DNA from: the human T2T-CHM13v2.0 reference genome, Homo sapiens
Assembly: GCF_009914755.1 (NCBI RefSeq)
Contig: NC_060931.1
Length of the DNA: 64,000 nt
Strand: one strand, 5' to 3'
Made by a program: the position numbers and the translations under genes
Shown here: piece after piece, positions 13,690 through 26,117 of the stretch
Layout of the letters: each line of letters begins with the position of its first letter
Position numbering within the stretch: position 1 is the first letter of the stretch
Notes under the pieces: model-generated
Databases searched by the model: none
What the model saw: the letters and a program-made list of their open reading frames with translations, nothing else
Told to the model about the DNA's origin: nothing

Positions 13690-14100
13690 CCGCCCTTTTG
13701 TTTACCTTAATGTAATAGGATCATTATCTAGGTGCCCCATTTGGATGAAGCCTTGAAAAACATACTAACCTGTTGACTTTGTTAATAGTAATTTAGGAAA
13801 ACCTCTTGGGCTCCAAACCCAGCTTTTTACAGCCAAGTGTACCCTTGTTTTCTATGTTGACTGTCATTGCAGATTTGTGTAAACATAGCTGAATGGTGAC
13901 TATGCTGCTTTTTGGGGCCAGCAGTGTTTGTTGGTGGAGATTGTTTTTTATCTGCAGGGTCTGTAAAAGGTGGAGTTTTGGGTGTCTGTTGACCTTGATT
14001 TGCAAAAGGGAAGGACTTACCTCTATATTTTGTGGTCCAATAACAGACTGCAGTGCTCAATTACATGGGGGGATTAATAGCGGGTTAATTGATATCCCTT
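13690..14100. promoter_or_regulatory. Candidate forkhead-cluster enhancer
   Basis: Five TGTT(T/G)AC sites (13699, 13771, 13855, 13879 reverse, 13987) and TGACCTTGA 13990-13998. Confidence 0.55.
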
Positions 14101-15179
14101 TCCAAGTGTGTGTTGCTGGTGAAACAGAATAATCAGTGGCTCTCCACCCCAACTCTGACAGTCTCACTCCCCAGAGCCCCCACAACCGCCAAAAGGGAGT
14201 TCTGTGCCTCTTTTCTCACTGACCTGCGGCCTGCCTACATCTGCCCAATTAGAGCCATGAAGGCTGTGACCCACCCACCACTTTCCTGGTTCCATTCAGC
14301 AGACCCACCCTCTTTGCCTTCGGAAGGCATGATGGATTGGTTTGAAACAAAACCATCTCGTTCCCAAACTGAAAGGTTCCTTTTTACGTTTGGGAACAAC
14401 TCGAAACCGCTGGAGAAAATCATGTGCCAATTATGTCTAAACTCCTTTACCACAAGGTATAAAGGAAGCCATAATTCGGGGGCTTATGTTTGATTGAATT
14501 CATCTGTTTCCATTTTGTAACTGGAGAGGAGGGAGAATCCACAGCGGTGGACAGTTGATAGAAGGCAGCTTCTATTCCCGGCCAAAGAAGGGGTGGCCCT
14601 GTCGCTTCACTCCCTCAGAGCAGGCTTTGTGGGTGCAAAGAATCCCAAGAAACTCCTGGACTGGGAGGGAGGTCAGCCTTGTGCACGGCAGTGCCAGACT
14701 CTTCCAGAACCATAGACGTAAAAGAGGAGGAACCATGTCAATGTTTTGTCAATTATTCAGCCAAGAACAACACCCTTCAACTGGGAAATACCCCACTCCC
14801 CCACCCAGGAGGGGATTTACACTGATGGGTCTGTGTTCGCCAGCAGCTGACAGGTCAGACTTCACCCTTCACATCCCTAAGCGTGTTGGTGCTCATTAGG
14901 TGAAAAATGAGATGCATTGTTAACACTGGCTTTCCTTTCCTGCTTGGCAGTGTGACATTAGGGGACACTGAAACCTCAAATTGCCTCCAAGAAATGTGCT
15001 CGAGGATAACCGTGCATTATTGTGGAGAGGGAAGATTCAGTCAGGGAAAGAATAAAGGTCCCTTCACTGTCACTCCCATCTGTCATTAATGAAAGACGGG
15101 CTTGTTGAGGAGCATAGTAGATTAACTGATATTCCCCACCAAATGTGTGCTGCTAGTGGCCACAGATGCTTGGATGCTT

Positions 15180-15360
15180 TGGTTGGAAGTGAGACAAGCT
15201 TGGGTTGCAATCTCAGCTTTTCCACTCAGCTGGTAGCATGACTTTTGGCTCCTCTTGGAGACTCACTCTCCTCATCCGTAAAATGGTGAAACCTATGTTA
15301 TTGGGCTGCTATAATATGAACAATATTTGAGAATCTCGCAGCATAGTAACATAATAAACG
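15180..15360 (+). mobile_element. MIR
   Basis: CTTGGGTTGCAATCTCAGC...CTCCTCATCCGTAAAATGG. Confidence 0.6.
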
Positions 15361-15794
15361 GGAATCATGGGCCATCCCTTTCTCTTCTGGGACTCTTGTT
15401 TCCTGAGAACATCTCCATGGTCCCCGTATCCTCAATTTTAAACTCTCTGTAATGGACCAGGAGGATTCCTTGGCATATAGTAGGGAACAGCCACACTCAG
15501 AGGCTGCCATCAAGCCTTTTCTAGATATTTTTGTATTCTCCTGAGACCCACTTGGGTCATGCGCTTCTATTTTGGCAACTGTGATAACTGGCTCTCTTCA
15601 TCCCTCCCTCATTCACTATTTTCTTTTAATTTTTAAAATATGAAAATATGTTTCCCCAGCTGAAAATGCATTGCTTAGGTCCTCTCTCGATTACCCATGG
15701 ACTAGGACTGAAGGCTTATGTTTTATGTGTGACACAGACCCTTGTGCCTTCCTTGCCTTCTACTCATCTCTAGTCTGTTATTAATCCAATTCTG

Positions 15795-16000
15795 CAAATA
15801 TTTAATGATAGCTAAGCAGTTTATATGGATGAGCTAATTTAATTTTCTTGACTACTTTATTGTTATTCCTTTGTTACTGAGAAGGACAGAGGACACAGAG
15901 TTATTAAGTAACTTTTCTGAGCTAATCCAGTTCATAAGTGGTGGAGGTAGGATTTGAACCCAGGCAGTTGGATTCCAGAGCATTAAGAACTGAGCCTTTA
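15795..16000 (-). mobile_element. MIR
   Basis: TAAGTAACTT...TAAGTGGTGGAGGTAGGATTTGAACCCAGGCAGTTGGATTCCAGAGC. Confidence 0.75.
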
Positions 16001-17689
16001 TGTACCAGGTGTTCCTTTACCCCATTAGGAGAGATTGCACAAATAAGGGCCAAAATCGTGAGGCTCACATCAGACAAACCAAATGACTTAGTCATAAATG
16101 GTGAGAGCGGAACAGGAAATGCAACGTGCTGTTCAGACGCAACTGGGGGACTTCCTGCTGCAATTAATCCAGGCCTGTTCCCTGCTTCGTTCTCATGGTC
16201 ATTGAGACTGGAGTGCACTCTACTCTCAGAAGGAATCGACTCCCAGTTTCTCCTGTGTAAATTTTACTTTGTTTCAAATAAACAACAACAAAAAATTTAA
16301 AACCACCATAGCTCCTCAGGACAAGTCACTCCTGACATTCTAAAATAAACTCGGTTACAAACTGCCTGCCTCTCCATGGTGAAAATTGTATTCAATAGTT
16401 ATCAAGATTTGTGCTCGAGCAATCGCTCCTCCTGCTTCTGTGGAGTCTTATAATTGTGTTTTTGTTCATGATTTATGCCATGACCACACATCTGACATAG
16501 TTTTCCTGTTATTTGTTTCAGGCACCAGAATCTCTCAAGCTTTCCCTCGGCTTGAGACATAATGGCTCTATTTTGCTTTTAGGATTTTCACCTCTTGGGG
16601 CATTCAGACTTTCCTGGGCTTGCTTGATGATTTCAATGCCATTTTTCTCTTGAGGCGAACTCTTGGACTTTCTGCATAGCCCTTCACCTCCACCTGTGTT
16701 GTGAGCAGAAGTAGCCCTTTCTCCATGGAGCAGGTGGAGCCTTTTTAGAGGCTCACTCCTTTCAGCATTTCCAGGGTAATTTGTCTTTGCGGGATGGGTA
16801 ATGAAGGGGTCTTAGAGACTGAACAGCACGGTAATTTGGTCCTTTCCAGACAAGGATGATCTTATCAGGGGTTGACTATCCATGCTGCTGAGACTGAGAC
16901 GGTGGGGCTCTGACAATATTTGGTTTTGAAATGCTTGGAAGTCAGCAAACCCCAGCACTCTGGCTCCCTTCAATGCAGCTGACCTAATCTTACCCTGATG
17001 TGAGCCATTTTAATTCATCGAGGTTCCGCTAATGATCCTGGCGATTTACATTGTTGTCATTCTTGAGCATTATTATGCTTTCAGAGAAAGGGATCAGGCT
17101 TGTGGAGACATTTTCCTCTAAATGCTTCCTTTAAGGACACTGCTCACCCTAGAAGGGAGAGAGATGAAACAAAAGAGGGTCTTCTGTAAGACAGCCAAGG
17201 TATCTCCTAGGAACTCCGGGAAGAATGGTGTCTATTGTACTCACGTGGCATTTTGATATCTGTCTTTCCATATCTCTGGTACTGAACCGTAAGAGCAATG
17301 ACTGGGTCTGTGGGAATTTTTAGGGTACCCTCATGATCGAACCTGGCTTGAACTGGTATGATTCTCCAAAGCAGGATCCCCTTAATTGATTTCCAACCAC
17401 CCCAGAGATGGGGCAGACACTCTGCAAAGCGCTTAGATCCAGAGAGGGTACTATGAAGGGAAACTCGACAGGCCTGGTGGTTATTTGAAGACTTAGAGGA
17501 AAATGAGCACAATAAATGGGAAGATAGAGACTCTGACAGCTGCCGAAGAAGGGAGAAGGTTTGCTCTGGCCAGGTGGTTAAAAAATATCACGAATGGCTG
17601 GTATAATTTAACACTGATTGTACATCTACTATATAGCAGGCTCTGCTAAAATAAAGGCAGTGACAATTTTTTTTAGGGGCTTGAGTCAA

Positions 17690-18196
17690 TAAGCCCCCAT
17701 CAACTTTCACTTGAATTTTGCAATAATCCCCTAACTGGTCTCCTTGCTTCCATTCTCCCCCTCCCAATCCCAATGTGTTATCAACAGAACAGCTAGAGTG
17801 ATCCCATGAAAATGCACATTCGGATCATATCACACCTCTGCCCCACACCCTCCAAGGGCTCTCCACGTCTCTCGGAGTAAAAGTCTCTACAGTGGTCTAT
17901 AAGGCTGCACAAGATTGCTCCCCTGATACCCCCCACCCCCCAGCCCAACACAAATTCTCATTTGCCTACTGAGACCCAGATCCCATACATCTCCTCCTGG
18001 AAGAGGACCCTGGATCTCTGTGCACCCCTTAACTCTTTGTGTCTCAGTTTTAGCACTTAACATACTATAATTTGATTTTTGTCCTTCTGTGTTCCCCACT
18101 GGTTATTGAATTTCTTGCTAAAGGAACCATGTTTTACTTAGCGCAAAATCATCCCTGAGACCAAGTGCTCAGTAAGTCATTGTTGAATGAATGAAC
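17690..18196 (+). mobile_element. L2 3' end
   Basis: CCTAACTGGTCTCCTTGCTTCC...GTGCTCAGTAAGTCATTGTTGAATGAATGAA terminal repeat. Confidence 0.75.
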
Positions 18197-19189
18197 AAAT
18201 AAATAAGCATGTGAGTGACTGAGTGCCTCCTCTACATTGGCATGCCTGTGGCCTTGGTTGTGTTATGTGGAAACCAGCAGATAGAAGCCACTGTTAATGG
18301 TTCACGCTGCATCTTGCATTCCATGGATGCCCAATAGCTGCATCCAGTAGCTATTCATTTTCCTGCATCAAGAGTGACCTAGGTTCTGATGGTAGTTCCA
18401 TTCCTGGCCCCTGGAGAAGTGACATGGGGCCAGATGATCCTTCCTGGCTTCCTCAGTCCCCAGGGCAGGCCCCTGAGAGGATAGGAGGGCAGAGGAAAAC
18501 ACCTCTGGAGTCGGTGCTGGGCCCAGACCCTCCCTCCTGCTCTGGTGGAGCCCAGTTTCCGCTTTGTAGCCTGGCCCCCACTCCTGCTGCAACATCAGTG
18601 TAAATATTGTTCTTTCAAACAGTACACTGTGGTGGGACAGGGAAGGAAAAACCATCACCAGGGGATATGTGTGTCTGCTTTGCCTTTTGCAGAAGATAAA
18701 ATTTAGTCTGGGCAGAGCCAGCTTTGCAGTCTGTTGTACCCTGCTCCAGGGCAGAGTGCTGTGCTGGAGGCTCTTGGGGTGGCCCCTACACCTCCTCACC
18801 CCTCTTGCCATATGCACTGGTGGCACCTACTGTGGGTCAGGTCTTCCTTGGGGGCAGGTATATGGTGGGTTCCTGCCACTGAAGAGTTTCAAAAAATTAT
18901 AGGGGGAAAAGCCATTTGCTCATGGCACACTGCCCAGGTGGGTTAATCCGATCCCTCAGAAAGCGCTCTTCCTGTACAACTTGTAATTAATACAGAGTGC
19001 TCACAGCCCCAGGAGGCTATGAGGCCAAACTACTCAGTAGGTTTCAAAAAGCAAGCTGTTGTCCATGCCTAAGAGTAGCAACTTTCTTTAGACAAGTTGG
19101 GAGTAAGGCTGCAGGGACCATCGGTCTATTTGGGGCAGTGAGGACGTGCAAGGGCCTGGAGTAAAATGAAGGCAGTGGCGATGCTAAGT

Positions 19190-19430
19190 GAGCCATTGTT
19201 AGGTGCCTGACCTCCCATGCAAAGCATTTTATTTGCATCTACTTGTGCAGTTCTCATAAGCAGTGGATCCTGTGGTCATTCCCATTTAACAGAGGACTAG
19301 AAAGGAGCCCAGAGATATTAAATAACTTGCCCATGGTCACACAGCTAGGATGTGCTGAGCTAAGGTCTACACCAAGGCACAGGGTCTCCAGATCAGCCCT
19401 TAATCCCTGGATCTCAGTTCTGGTGCTACC
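19190..19430 (-). mobile_element. MIR
   Basis: TAAATAACTTGCCCATGGTCACACAGCTAG core. Confidence 0.65.
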
Positions 19431-19731
19431 ATGGGTTGAATAGTTTTGGCCAGGGGGCACATGTCTTCTCGTCATGACTTTGTACCATGTGTTAGAGAGT
19501 CCTGGGCTTGGAAACTACATTTAGTCATTAGTGGTATGACCCTATAGCAAGTAATTTACTCTTTGAGTTAGTGTCCTCATCTGATAAGGCAGATATTAGA
19601 ATATCTCTCTTGCCTATTTTGGGTAGTTAAATGTAAGCGTGTATTAAAATGCACCATACACGTGAAAGTGGTCTTCAACTGGCAGGTTTTGTTATGAAAC
19701 CATGATCATCAATAAAATGAGAGCAGGAGAA

Positions 19732-19888
19732 CTACACTGTTCAACCTGGCAGCCACTGGCCACACGTGGCTATTAAAGCCCTTGACATATGATTAGTGAG
19801 ATTGAGGAACTACATTCTGACTTTTATTTCATTAATTTAGATTTAATCAGCCATGTGTGGTTATTTGCTATAATAGTGGACAGTACAG
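19732..19888. mobile_element. MER3-type hAT-Charlie MITE
   Basis: TIRs CTACACTGTTCAA / TGGACAGTACAG; internal GCCACTGGCCACACGTGGCTATT. Confidence 0.75.
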
Positions 19889-19894
19889 GAGATG

Positions 19895-20040
19895 GTTTCA
19901 GCTGGAGGGGATCTCGGAGACCACTTAGTCCAGTCCCTTGATTTCACAGATAAGACTGAAGTTCTTAGTGGGGCAGCAACTTGCCTAAAGTCGTATGGTA
20001 AGTTAGCAGAGAGCAGGTTCAGAACTAGGTCTTCTAACAC
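19895..20040 (-). mobile_element. MIR/MIR3
   Basis: TAGTCCAGTCCCTTGATTTCACAGATAAGACTGAAG...AGAACTAGGTCTTCT. Confidence 0.65.
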
Positions 20041-20147
20041 CCTGATAGTCTCCACTTCAAAAAAATCTGAATATCCCTAATTTCAACCAGGAGATTAGGA
20101 AAGAAGATTGATCATCATCAACCTGCAGTTCATTGAAATAAACAGCG

Positions 20148-20287
20148 AGGGTGGGTGAGGTGGCACAGGCCTGTAGTCCCAGCTACTTGGGAGCCCTGGG
20201 GCAGGATAATGGCTTGAGCCCAGGAATACAAGTCCAACCTGGGCAACATAGCAAGTCCCTGTCTCTAAAATATCAAAAAAAGAAAGA
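20148..20287 (+). mobile_element. FLAM (free left Alu monomer)
   Basis: GCCTGTAGTCCCAGCTACTTGGGAG...CCTGGGCAACATAGCAAG plus A-rich tail. Confidence 0.85.
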
Positions 20288-20371
20288 AGCAGCTAGTGAA
20301 ATACCAAGATGGCCCTGATTTTGAGAGCTTCTTGAAGGCTAGAGAAGGTGCTAAGATGATCAGGCCCACAC

Positions 20372-20592
20372 CTATTCATGGGAAGCTGTGTGTGACTGTC
20401 TCTACTGCAAGCCATGCTCAGTTCTTCCTTGATCAAGTCGAGGTCTTCTTAGGGTCAACACGAAGGAAACCCTTTGTCCACTTGCAGCGCATCCTGACAG
20501 TGACAGAGACATCTCTGGATAGGTCCCTGTCTCCGAGGAAGGCCTTGCGGGTGGCGGAGGGCTCAGGACTTCAGTGTGCTGTAACAGTAAAT
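20372..20592 (-). other. Candidate non-coding exon
   Basis: Minus strand: branch-like CTCAC, acceptor TTTACTTTCTTTCCACAG|, weaker donor TAG|GTGTGG; stops in all three frames. Confidence 0.25.
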
Positions 20593-21060
20593 CTGTGGAA
20601 AGAAAGTAAAGGCCTGTGGTGAGGCTGCAACCTCGGTGCCAAATCACAATGTATAATTGGCCCTGATTTTTTCCATATGTATCAACAAAAACAGCCTTGC
20701 TTTCATGGGAGATGAAAGCAACCTCTTTCTTTGGTCCTGTTTCCTTTTTGGGTATAGTTCCCAGGTCTCCACTGGGTTCATCATACTCTCTTTAAAACAA
20801 ACCGAAAAACAAAAAAATCATAAATTAGGGATACAAAAGGACTTATGGAGAAAATCTCTTTATGTTTTCTATGGCAAACAGATATGCTGTTTTGATGTTT
20901 TCTTCCTTTTCTTAACAAACATTAAATTAAACTAATTTGTCAGAGTTTTCATAAAATCATACTCTTGGGATAGTGAGAAATAAGTGCTTAATAGCAGCAG
21001 ATTAATGTATACACGTGAACTCTCTTTCTTAAAGGACTTTCATTCATTCAGCACTCTTGT

Positions 21061-21448
21061 TGGATTAGTCTGCCTGGATTGCCATAAGAAAATACCACAG
21101 GCTGGGTGGCTTAAACAACAGGAATTTATTTTCTCACAGTTCTGGAAGCCGAAAGTTCAAGATCAAGGTGCCAGCAAGTTGGGTTTCTTCTGAGGCCTCT
21201 CTCTGGCTCGAGGACAGCCACCTTCTTGCCCCGTCCTCCCATGGACTCCCCTCTGTGTGTGCACATCCCTGGTGTCTCTCCTCTTCCTATAAGGACATCG
21301 GTCATATGATACTAGGCCCCACTATTTTGACTTCATTTAACTTAATTACCTCTTTAAAGGCCCTATCTATCTCCAAATATGGTCACATCGAGGGTGAGGG
21401 CTTCAACACATGAATTTTGGGGTTGGGGACACAATTCCATCCTTAACA
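21061..21448 (-). mobile_element. MLT1A-type MaLR solo LTR
   Basis: AAATACCACAGGCTGGGTGGCTTAAACAACAGGAATTTATTTTCTCACAGTTCTGG...GGGGACACAATTCCATCCTTAACA. Confidence 0.9.
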
Positions 21449-22209
21449 CCTTTATGGAGTACTTTTCATGTGATGGTCACTGTAGATACAGAAGAAAATG
21501 ACAGTAACCTCGCCTTTGGGAAATTGGGAGTCTTACAGACATGAAAAAAATGCCATACGATATGCAATTTATACACATGAGGGCACTGAGGGAGAGAATT
21601 GACTTGGTTTTGGGGAATGTGGGAGAAGAATTAAAAGAAGGCTTCAAAGACAAGGAGCTGGGTGAGTTAAGTTTTGAAAGAAAGCCTGGCATAAGTGTGA
21701 TAGCAGGAAAAAGAATAAAGGAGACATCCTCATCATACACATGAAATAAGCTGAGTCTCTCTCCTGAGTTTTGAAAGATTCTATCTAAAAATACTGACCG
21801 ACCCTAACTTCAAAAGCCTACAATTAGAGATAATTTTTTTTTACAATTAGAGATGAGTTTTTACCCTTAAGCTATTGTTTCCTTAAAAAATAATAAAGAT
21901 TTAAAATATTGTATTGTTTGAATTGGTCTTAGTTATAAACATCAGAAACCATGACACAAGCTGGTTTGAACAATGGGAGCTTCAGTTATTTTTGTCCGAG
22001 CAGGCGATCGGGGTGGGGTGGGTTCCAGGCAGTTTGATCGCAACTGAGTGATGGCTCAAAGATTCAGGCTCTTTGTGTCTCTCCATTTGCCTTCCTTTCC
22101 GCTGGCCTTAGCCAAAGGCAGGATCCTCTCCTGGTTATAATAGCTGCCAGTGGAAATCGGGCTTTATTTGCACCCTGCAGGAGAGAAAGAGAAAACTCTC
22201 TGTCTTAAT

Positions 22210-23080
22210 CACTGGTGTACTAGAATTGGCTTGTATGGACTGATGAGATCTGACTGTTAAATTTTCAGGAATTTTGCAAGCTGATTGTTAAACACAGCTG
22301 TTATTAAACATTAAATTATATAACTTAACAATGAAATGAGTTACATTAAAATAAAGATAATACTTAATATGTATCATTTGTTAATTATTTTCCTATTATT
22401 ATGCCTTTGACATGACATGAATATAAAGTCTATCATATTTTTAGGATGGTGACAGTATACAATGGTATGCTGCTGTACGTCTCCCCCAGCTCCACACTCA
22501 GTGATATCACATTAGTGGCTTGAAATCAGCCATGATAGTAGTAGTGTTTCTAGCATAGAAATAGGCAACTGCTATAAATCAGATTTTGATTTTATTTTAT
22601 CATCTGAACTTAAGAAAATGATGGAGAAATGTAAATAATGCAGGTTAAACTTTCAAAGGTTTGGCTCTAAACTGTTACATTGTGAATGGCCCAAAAATTA
22701 GAGGAAATAGTCTCCTAGTATTATTTGATTCAGCAAAGTCACTCACATCATTGACAGATGAGTGGAGTTCTGACATATGTCTTCACACACAAACAAAAAC
22801 AGCCCACATTTGTGTCAGTATTATACTCATTTGTCAGTTGCAGCAATAGGTTGGCTGTAGATACATGAATGCAAAAGTCAATGAAAGTATTCTGTGAAAA
22901 ATTGATTGGCAGTGTGGTACGATAAAGAGCATTGTATGTTTTATTTTATTTGTATATTGGGTTCTACACATCCACTATGTCAGTAAAAATTTATAATAAA
23001 TGTATGTATGTATGTATGTAAATATATGGATATAATTTTTTCCTGGACAACCTTTTGTTAAACATTTATTAGCACCACTC
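22210..23080. mobile_element. MER63-type (hAT-Blackjack) DNA transposon, nested in an old MLT1 remnant (about 21910-24130)
   Basis: Ends CACTGGTGTACTAG / TTAAACATTTATTAGCACCACTC; internal TGTTAAATTTTCAGGAATTTTGCAAGCTGATTGTTAAACACAGC. Confidence 0.75.
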
Positions 23081-23129
23081 CTTCAATCTTTTTGTTTCAC
23101 TGGGCCAACCTAGTTTATATGTCTATTCC

Positions 23130-23990
23130 TGTGTCTGGAATTTATTCCTTCCGGTGGGTTCTTGGTCTCGCTGACTTCAAGAATGAAGCAGCAGACCCTT
23201 GCGGTGAGTGTTACAGCTCTTAAAGGTGGTGTGTCCAGAGTTTGTTCCTTCAGATGTTCAGATGTGTCTGGAGTTTATTCCTTCTGGTGTGTTCGTGGTG
23301 GTGCTGACTTCAGGAGTGAAGCCTCAGACCTTTGCAGTGAGTGTTACAGCTCTTAAAGGTGGCACTTCTGGAGTTGTTTGTTCTTCCTGGTGGGTTCGTG
23401 GTCTTGCTGACTGCAGGACTGAAGCCGCAGACTCTCGTGGTGAGTGTTACAGCTCTTAAAGGTGGTGTGGACCCAAAGACTGAGCAGCAGCAAGATTTAT
23501 TGTGAAGAGCAAAAAAACAAAGCTTCCGCAGTGTGGAAGCAGACCTCAGCGGGTTGCTGCTGCTGGCTCAGGTGGCTAGCTTTTATTCCCTTATTTGTCC
23601 CCGCCCACATCCTGCTGATTGGTCCATTTTACAGAGCGCTGAATGGTCCATTTTACAGAGTGCTGATTGGTGCATTTACAATCCTTTAGCTAGACACAGA
23701 GTGCTGATTGTTGCATTTTTACAGAGTGCTGATTGGTGCATTTACAATCCTTTAGCTAGACACAGAGTGCTGATTGTTGCGTTTTTACAGAGTGCTGATT
23801 GGTGTGTTTACAATCCTTTAGCTAGACACAGAGCACTGATTGTTGCATTTTTACAGAGTGCTGACTGGTGCGTTTACAATCCTTTAGCTAGACAGAGAAT
23901 GCTGATTGGCGCGTTTATAATCCTCTAGCTAGACAGAAAAGTTCTCCAAGTCCCCACCTGACCCAGAAGCCCAGCTGGCTTCACCTCTCA
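23130..23990 (-). mobile_element. LTR12 (HERV9) solo LTR
   Basis: Reverse complement starts TGAGAGGTGAAGCCAGCTGGGCTTCTGGG; CCAAT-box repeats; three U5 GTGAGTGTTACAGCTCTTAAAGGTGG repeats. Confidence 0.95.
23651..23914. repeat. 4 x 66-bp tandem repeat in LTR12 U3
   Basis: Units start at 23651, 23717, 23783 and 23849. Confidence 0.9.
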
Positions 23991-24257
23991 CCCCTAAGCC
24001 CGCAGTGCTGTGCACTAGTTATCCTTTGAGGCTGTCAATGGGTGATTTCCTTAACTATAAAGAGGGTTTGTTAGGAAAGAGGAAATAGGAAATTCATTTG
24101 AGGTAGGAGACCAAAAGTGTCTGCAACTGCAAAGATTACCCCCGACCCCGCAGCCCAAAAAACACATTAATACAATATCAATCTTTAATATTTTAGTGGA
24201 AATTAATGTATGACACCTTTTCCAATAGGATAGGTGGCTCAGAGCAGATTGGATGGA

Positions 24258-24406
24258 GCTACTGACATTTTAGGCTGAATAATTCTTTGTTGTGGAATTG
24301 TTGTCCTGTGTATTGTAGGATGTTTTGCTGTACCTCTACACACATTTGTTGACAACCAAAAATGTCTCCAGACAGTGCCAAATGTCCCCTGGGATGTAAA
24401 CCACTG
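24258..24406. mobile_element. MER20 (hAT-Charlie)
   Basis: ATAATTCTTTGTTGTGG...GACAACCAAAAATGTCTCCAGACAGTGCCAAATGTCCCCTGGG. Confidence 0.85.
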
Positions 24407-25725
24407 GTTTACATCTAGGACTTGGCTCCAAACCTGGAAGTTTTAAATTTCTGTTCCTCTGCCTCTAAAGTAACGCCATCTGCAATTGAATGTTAAATTG
24501 GGAAGTCAAAGGCAGCACGGAGGAAGAGGCACATTCTTGAGGGCTGGAACCCTAAGCACCAAAAAGTTGAGTCTGGACAGAAACCTCCTGGGCTTAGGAG
24601 GAGGGGATTTGCTGCTTGGGGAGGCCACAGACTCCAGATACTAACCTCTCCTCCAACGTTCAGATTTTATCAGCACGTTTTCTGCCTTTGGAACTCAAAG
24701 GATATGAAGCTCTTTTATAAACTTTTATCTTAAGAAGGAATTGGTCCCTTTTAGAAAACTTAAGAAGTTTTTTACACGGAGTTAGAAGGAGCATATCAGT
24801 TGGTTTGTCCCTGGGCTCTGGAAGCATCAACCTTTCAGATGATCACGCTGATATATGCGTTAAAAGAGCAAACAAAGGCATCTGAGCAATTTGTAAACCA
24901 GGCAGAGTCTGGGAAACGTCCTCATGTCAGAGTCTACTGACAGTTGTGTGAAATCAGCTTTGGCAAAGCTCCCTTCTCTTCAAGAAAGCCCCCTTAGACC
25001 TGCTTCCCCTTCTAGCTCCCTGCTGGCCTTATCTTTCTTCAATAGCAAAAGACCTCAAAGGATTCATCTTTATTTGCTGTTATGACTTGCTCTCCTTCTG
25101 TTCATTCCTTGGATTCTGTCCCTACATGCCTGCAGTGATGCTCTAATGTGTTGAGTCAACTCATCTCAGTCTTCCTCATTCTTAGGACAGCTTTCCATGC
25201 TGGTGGCCATCCTCTTTCTCTTATGTTTGCTGCTTCCTGTTACTTCCATGATGCCGTAGTCTTGTTCCTGCCTGTCTGTTGAGTTCTTCACTGGTTCCCT
25301 TTTCTCTGTCAGCTGCTTATGGAGATGTTTCCTCCAGGTTTCTGGCCTGTTCCTGTTTCTCCTCTCCTCTCTCATCATCTCTCAACTCTGGGCATACAGC
25401 CCCAAGCCTGCATCTTCGGTTGGGCCCTCTCTTGTTTGCTGTAGTGTTGGACACATTTATCTTCATGTTGGTGTACCACAGGGGCCTAACACAACACTTC
25501 TAACATGTAACCTTTTACCTGTTTTCCTAGCCTGTCTTCTCCTTGTTCCCATTTCAGTTAACAGAATTGTTTTCCAGGCTAGAGACCCTAGAGATATCTT
25601 GATGTCAACCTTCCTTATAAACCAATCCTATGATGTCATCTGCCTCTGAATCATGTGGGTTTCACTGCCACTGTTTCCCTGATATGTATTCCACCCTTTC
25701 TACTCCCATTGCTCCAGTTGAGACT

Positions 25726-26117
25726 AGAGGTCAGCAAACATTCCTTTTCTTTTTAAAAATTTTTACTTAAAAAAATTTCTTTTTAGAGACAGGGTCTTGC
25801 TGTGTTGCCCAGTCTGATCTCAAACTCCTAGCCTCAAGCAATCCTCCTGCCTTGGGCTTCCAAAGAGCTGGGATTACTGATGTGAGCCCACTCTACCCAG
25901 CCAACAAACTTTTTCTTGAAAGGGCCAGGGCCAGATAGTAAATATTTTAGGCTTTGTGAGTCACACTCCCTTTGTTGCATCTATTCAACTCCGTCCATAA
26001 AGCATGAAAGAAGCCATAGGCAATAGGTAAGTGCATAGGCATGTCTGTGTTCCAATAAACCTTTATTTATAAAAACACTCTTCCAGTCTGATTCAGGGCC
26101 ATAGTTTGCCACCTCCT
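25726..26117. mobile_element. MER58A (hAT-Charlie)
   Basis: GGTCAGCAAAC...GGCCAGATAGTAAATATTTTAGGCTTTG...GTGTTCCAATAAACCTTTATTTA...ATAGTTTGCC. Confidence 0.85.
25745..25902 (-). mobile_element. FLAM_C inserted in MER58A
   Basis: AGAGACAGGGTCTTGCTGTGTTGCCCAG...CCTCAAGCAATCCTCCTGCC monomer. Confidence 0.85.

Noticed and set aside
16501-16830. Plus-strand acceptor TTTTCCTGTTATTTGTTTCAG with several possible GTAAT donors
   Set aside because: No unique donor or reading frame; cannot be distinguished from background splice-like signals
23533-23928. 131-aa ORF with 22-aa repeats; array superficially CRISPR-like
   Set aside because: It is the translation of the 66-bp LTR12 U3 tandem repeat. There are no unique spacers or cas genes, and the DNA is primate.
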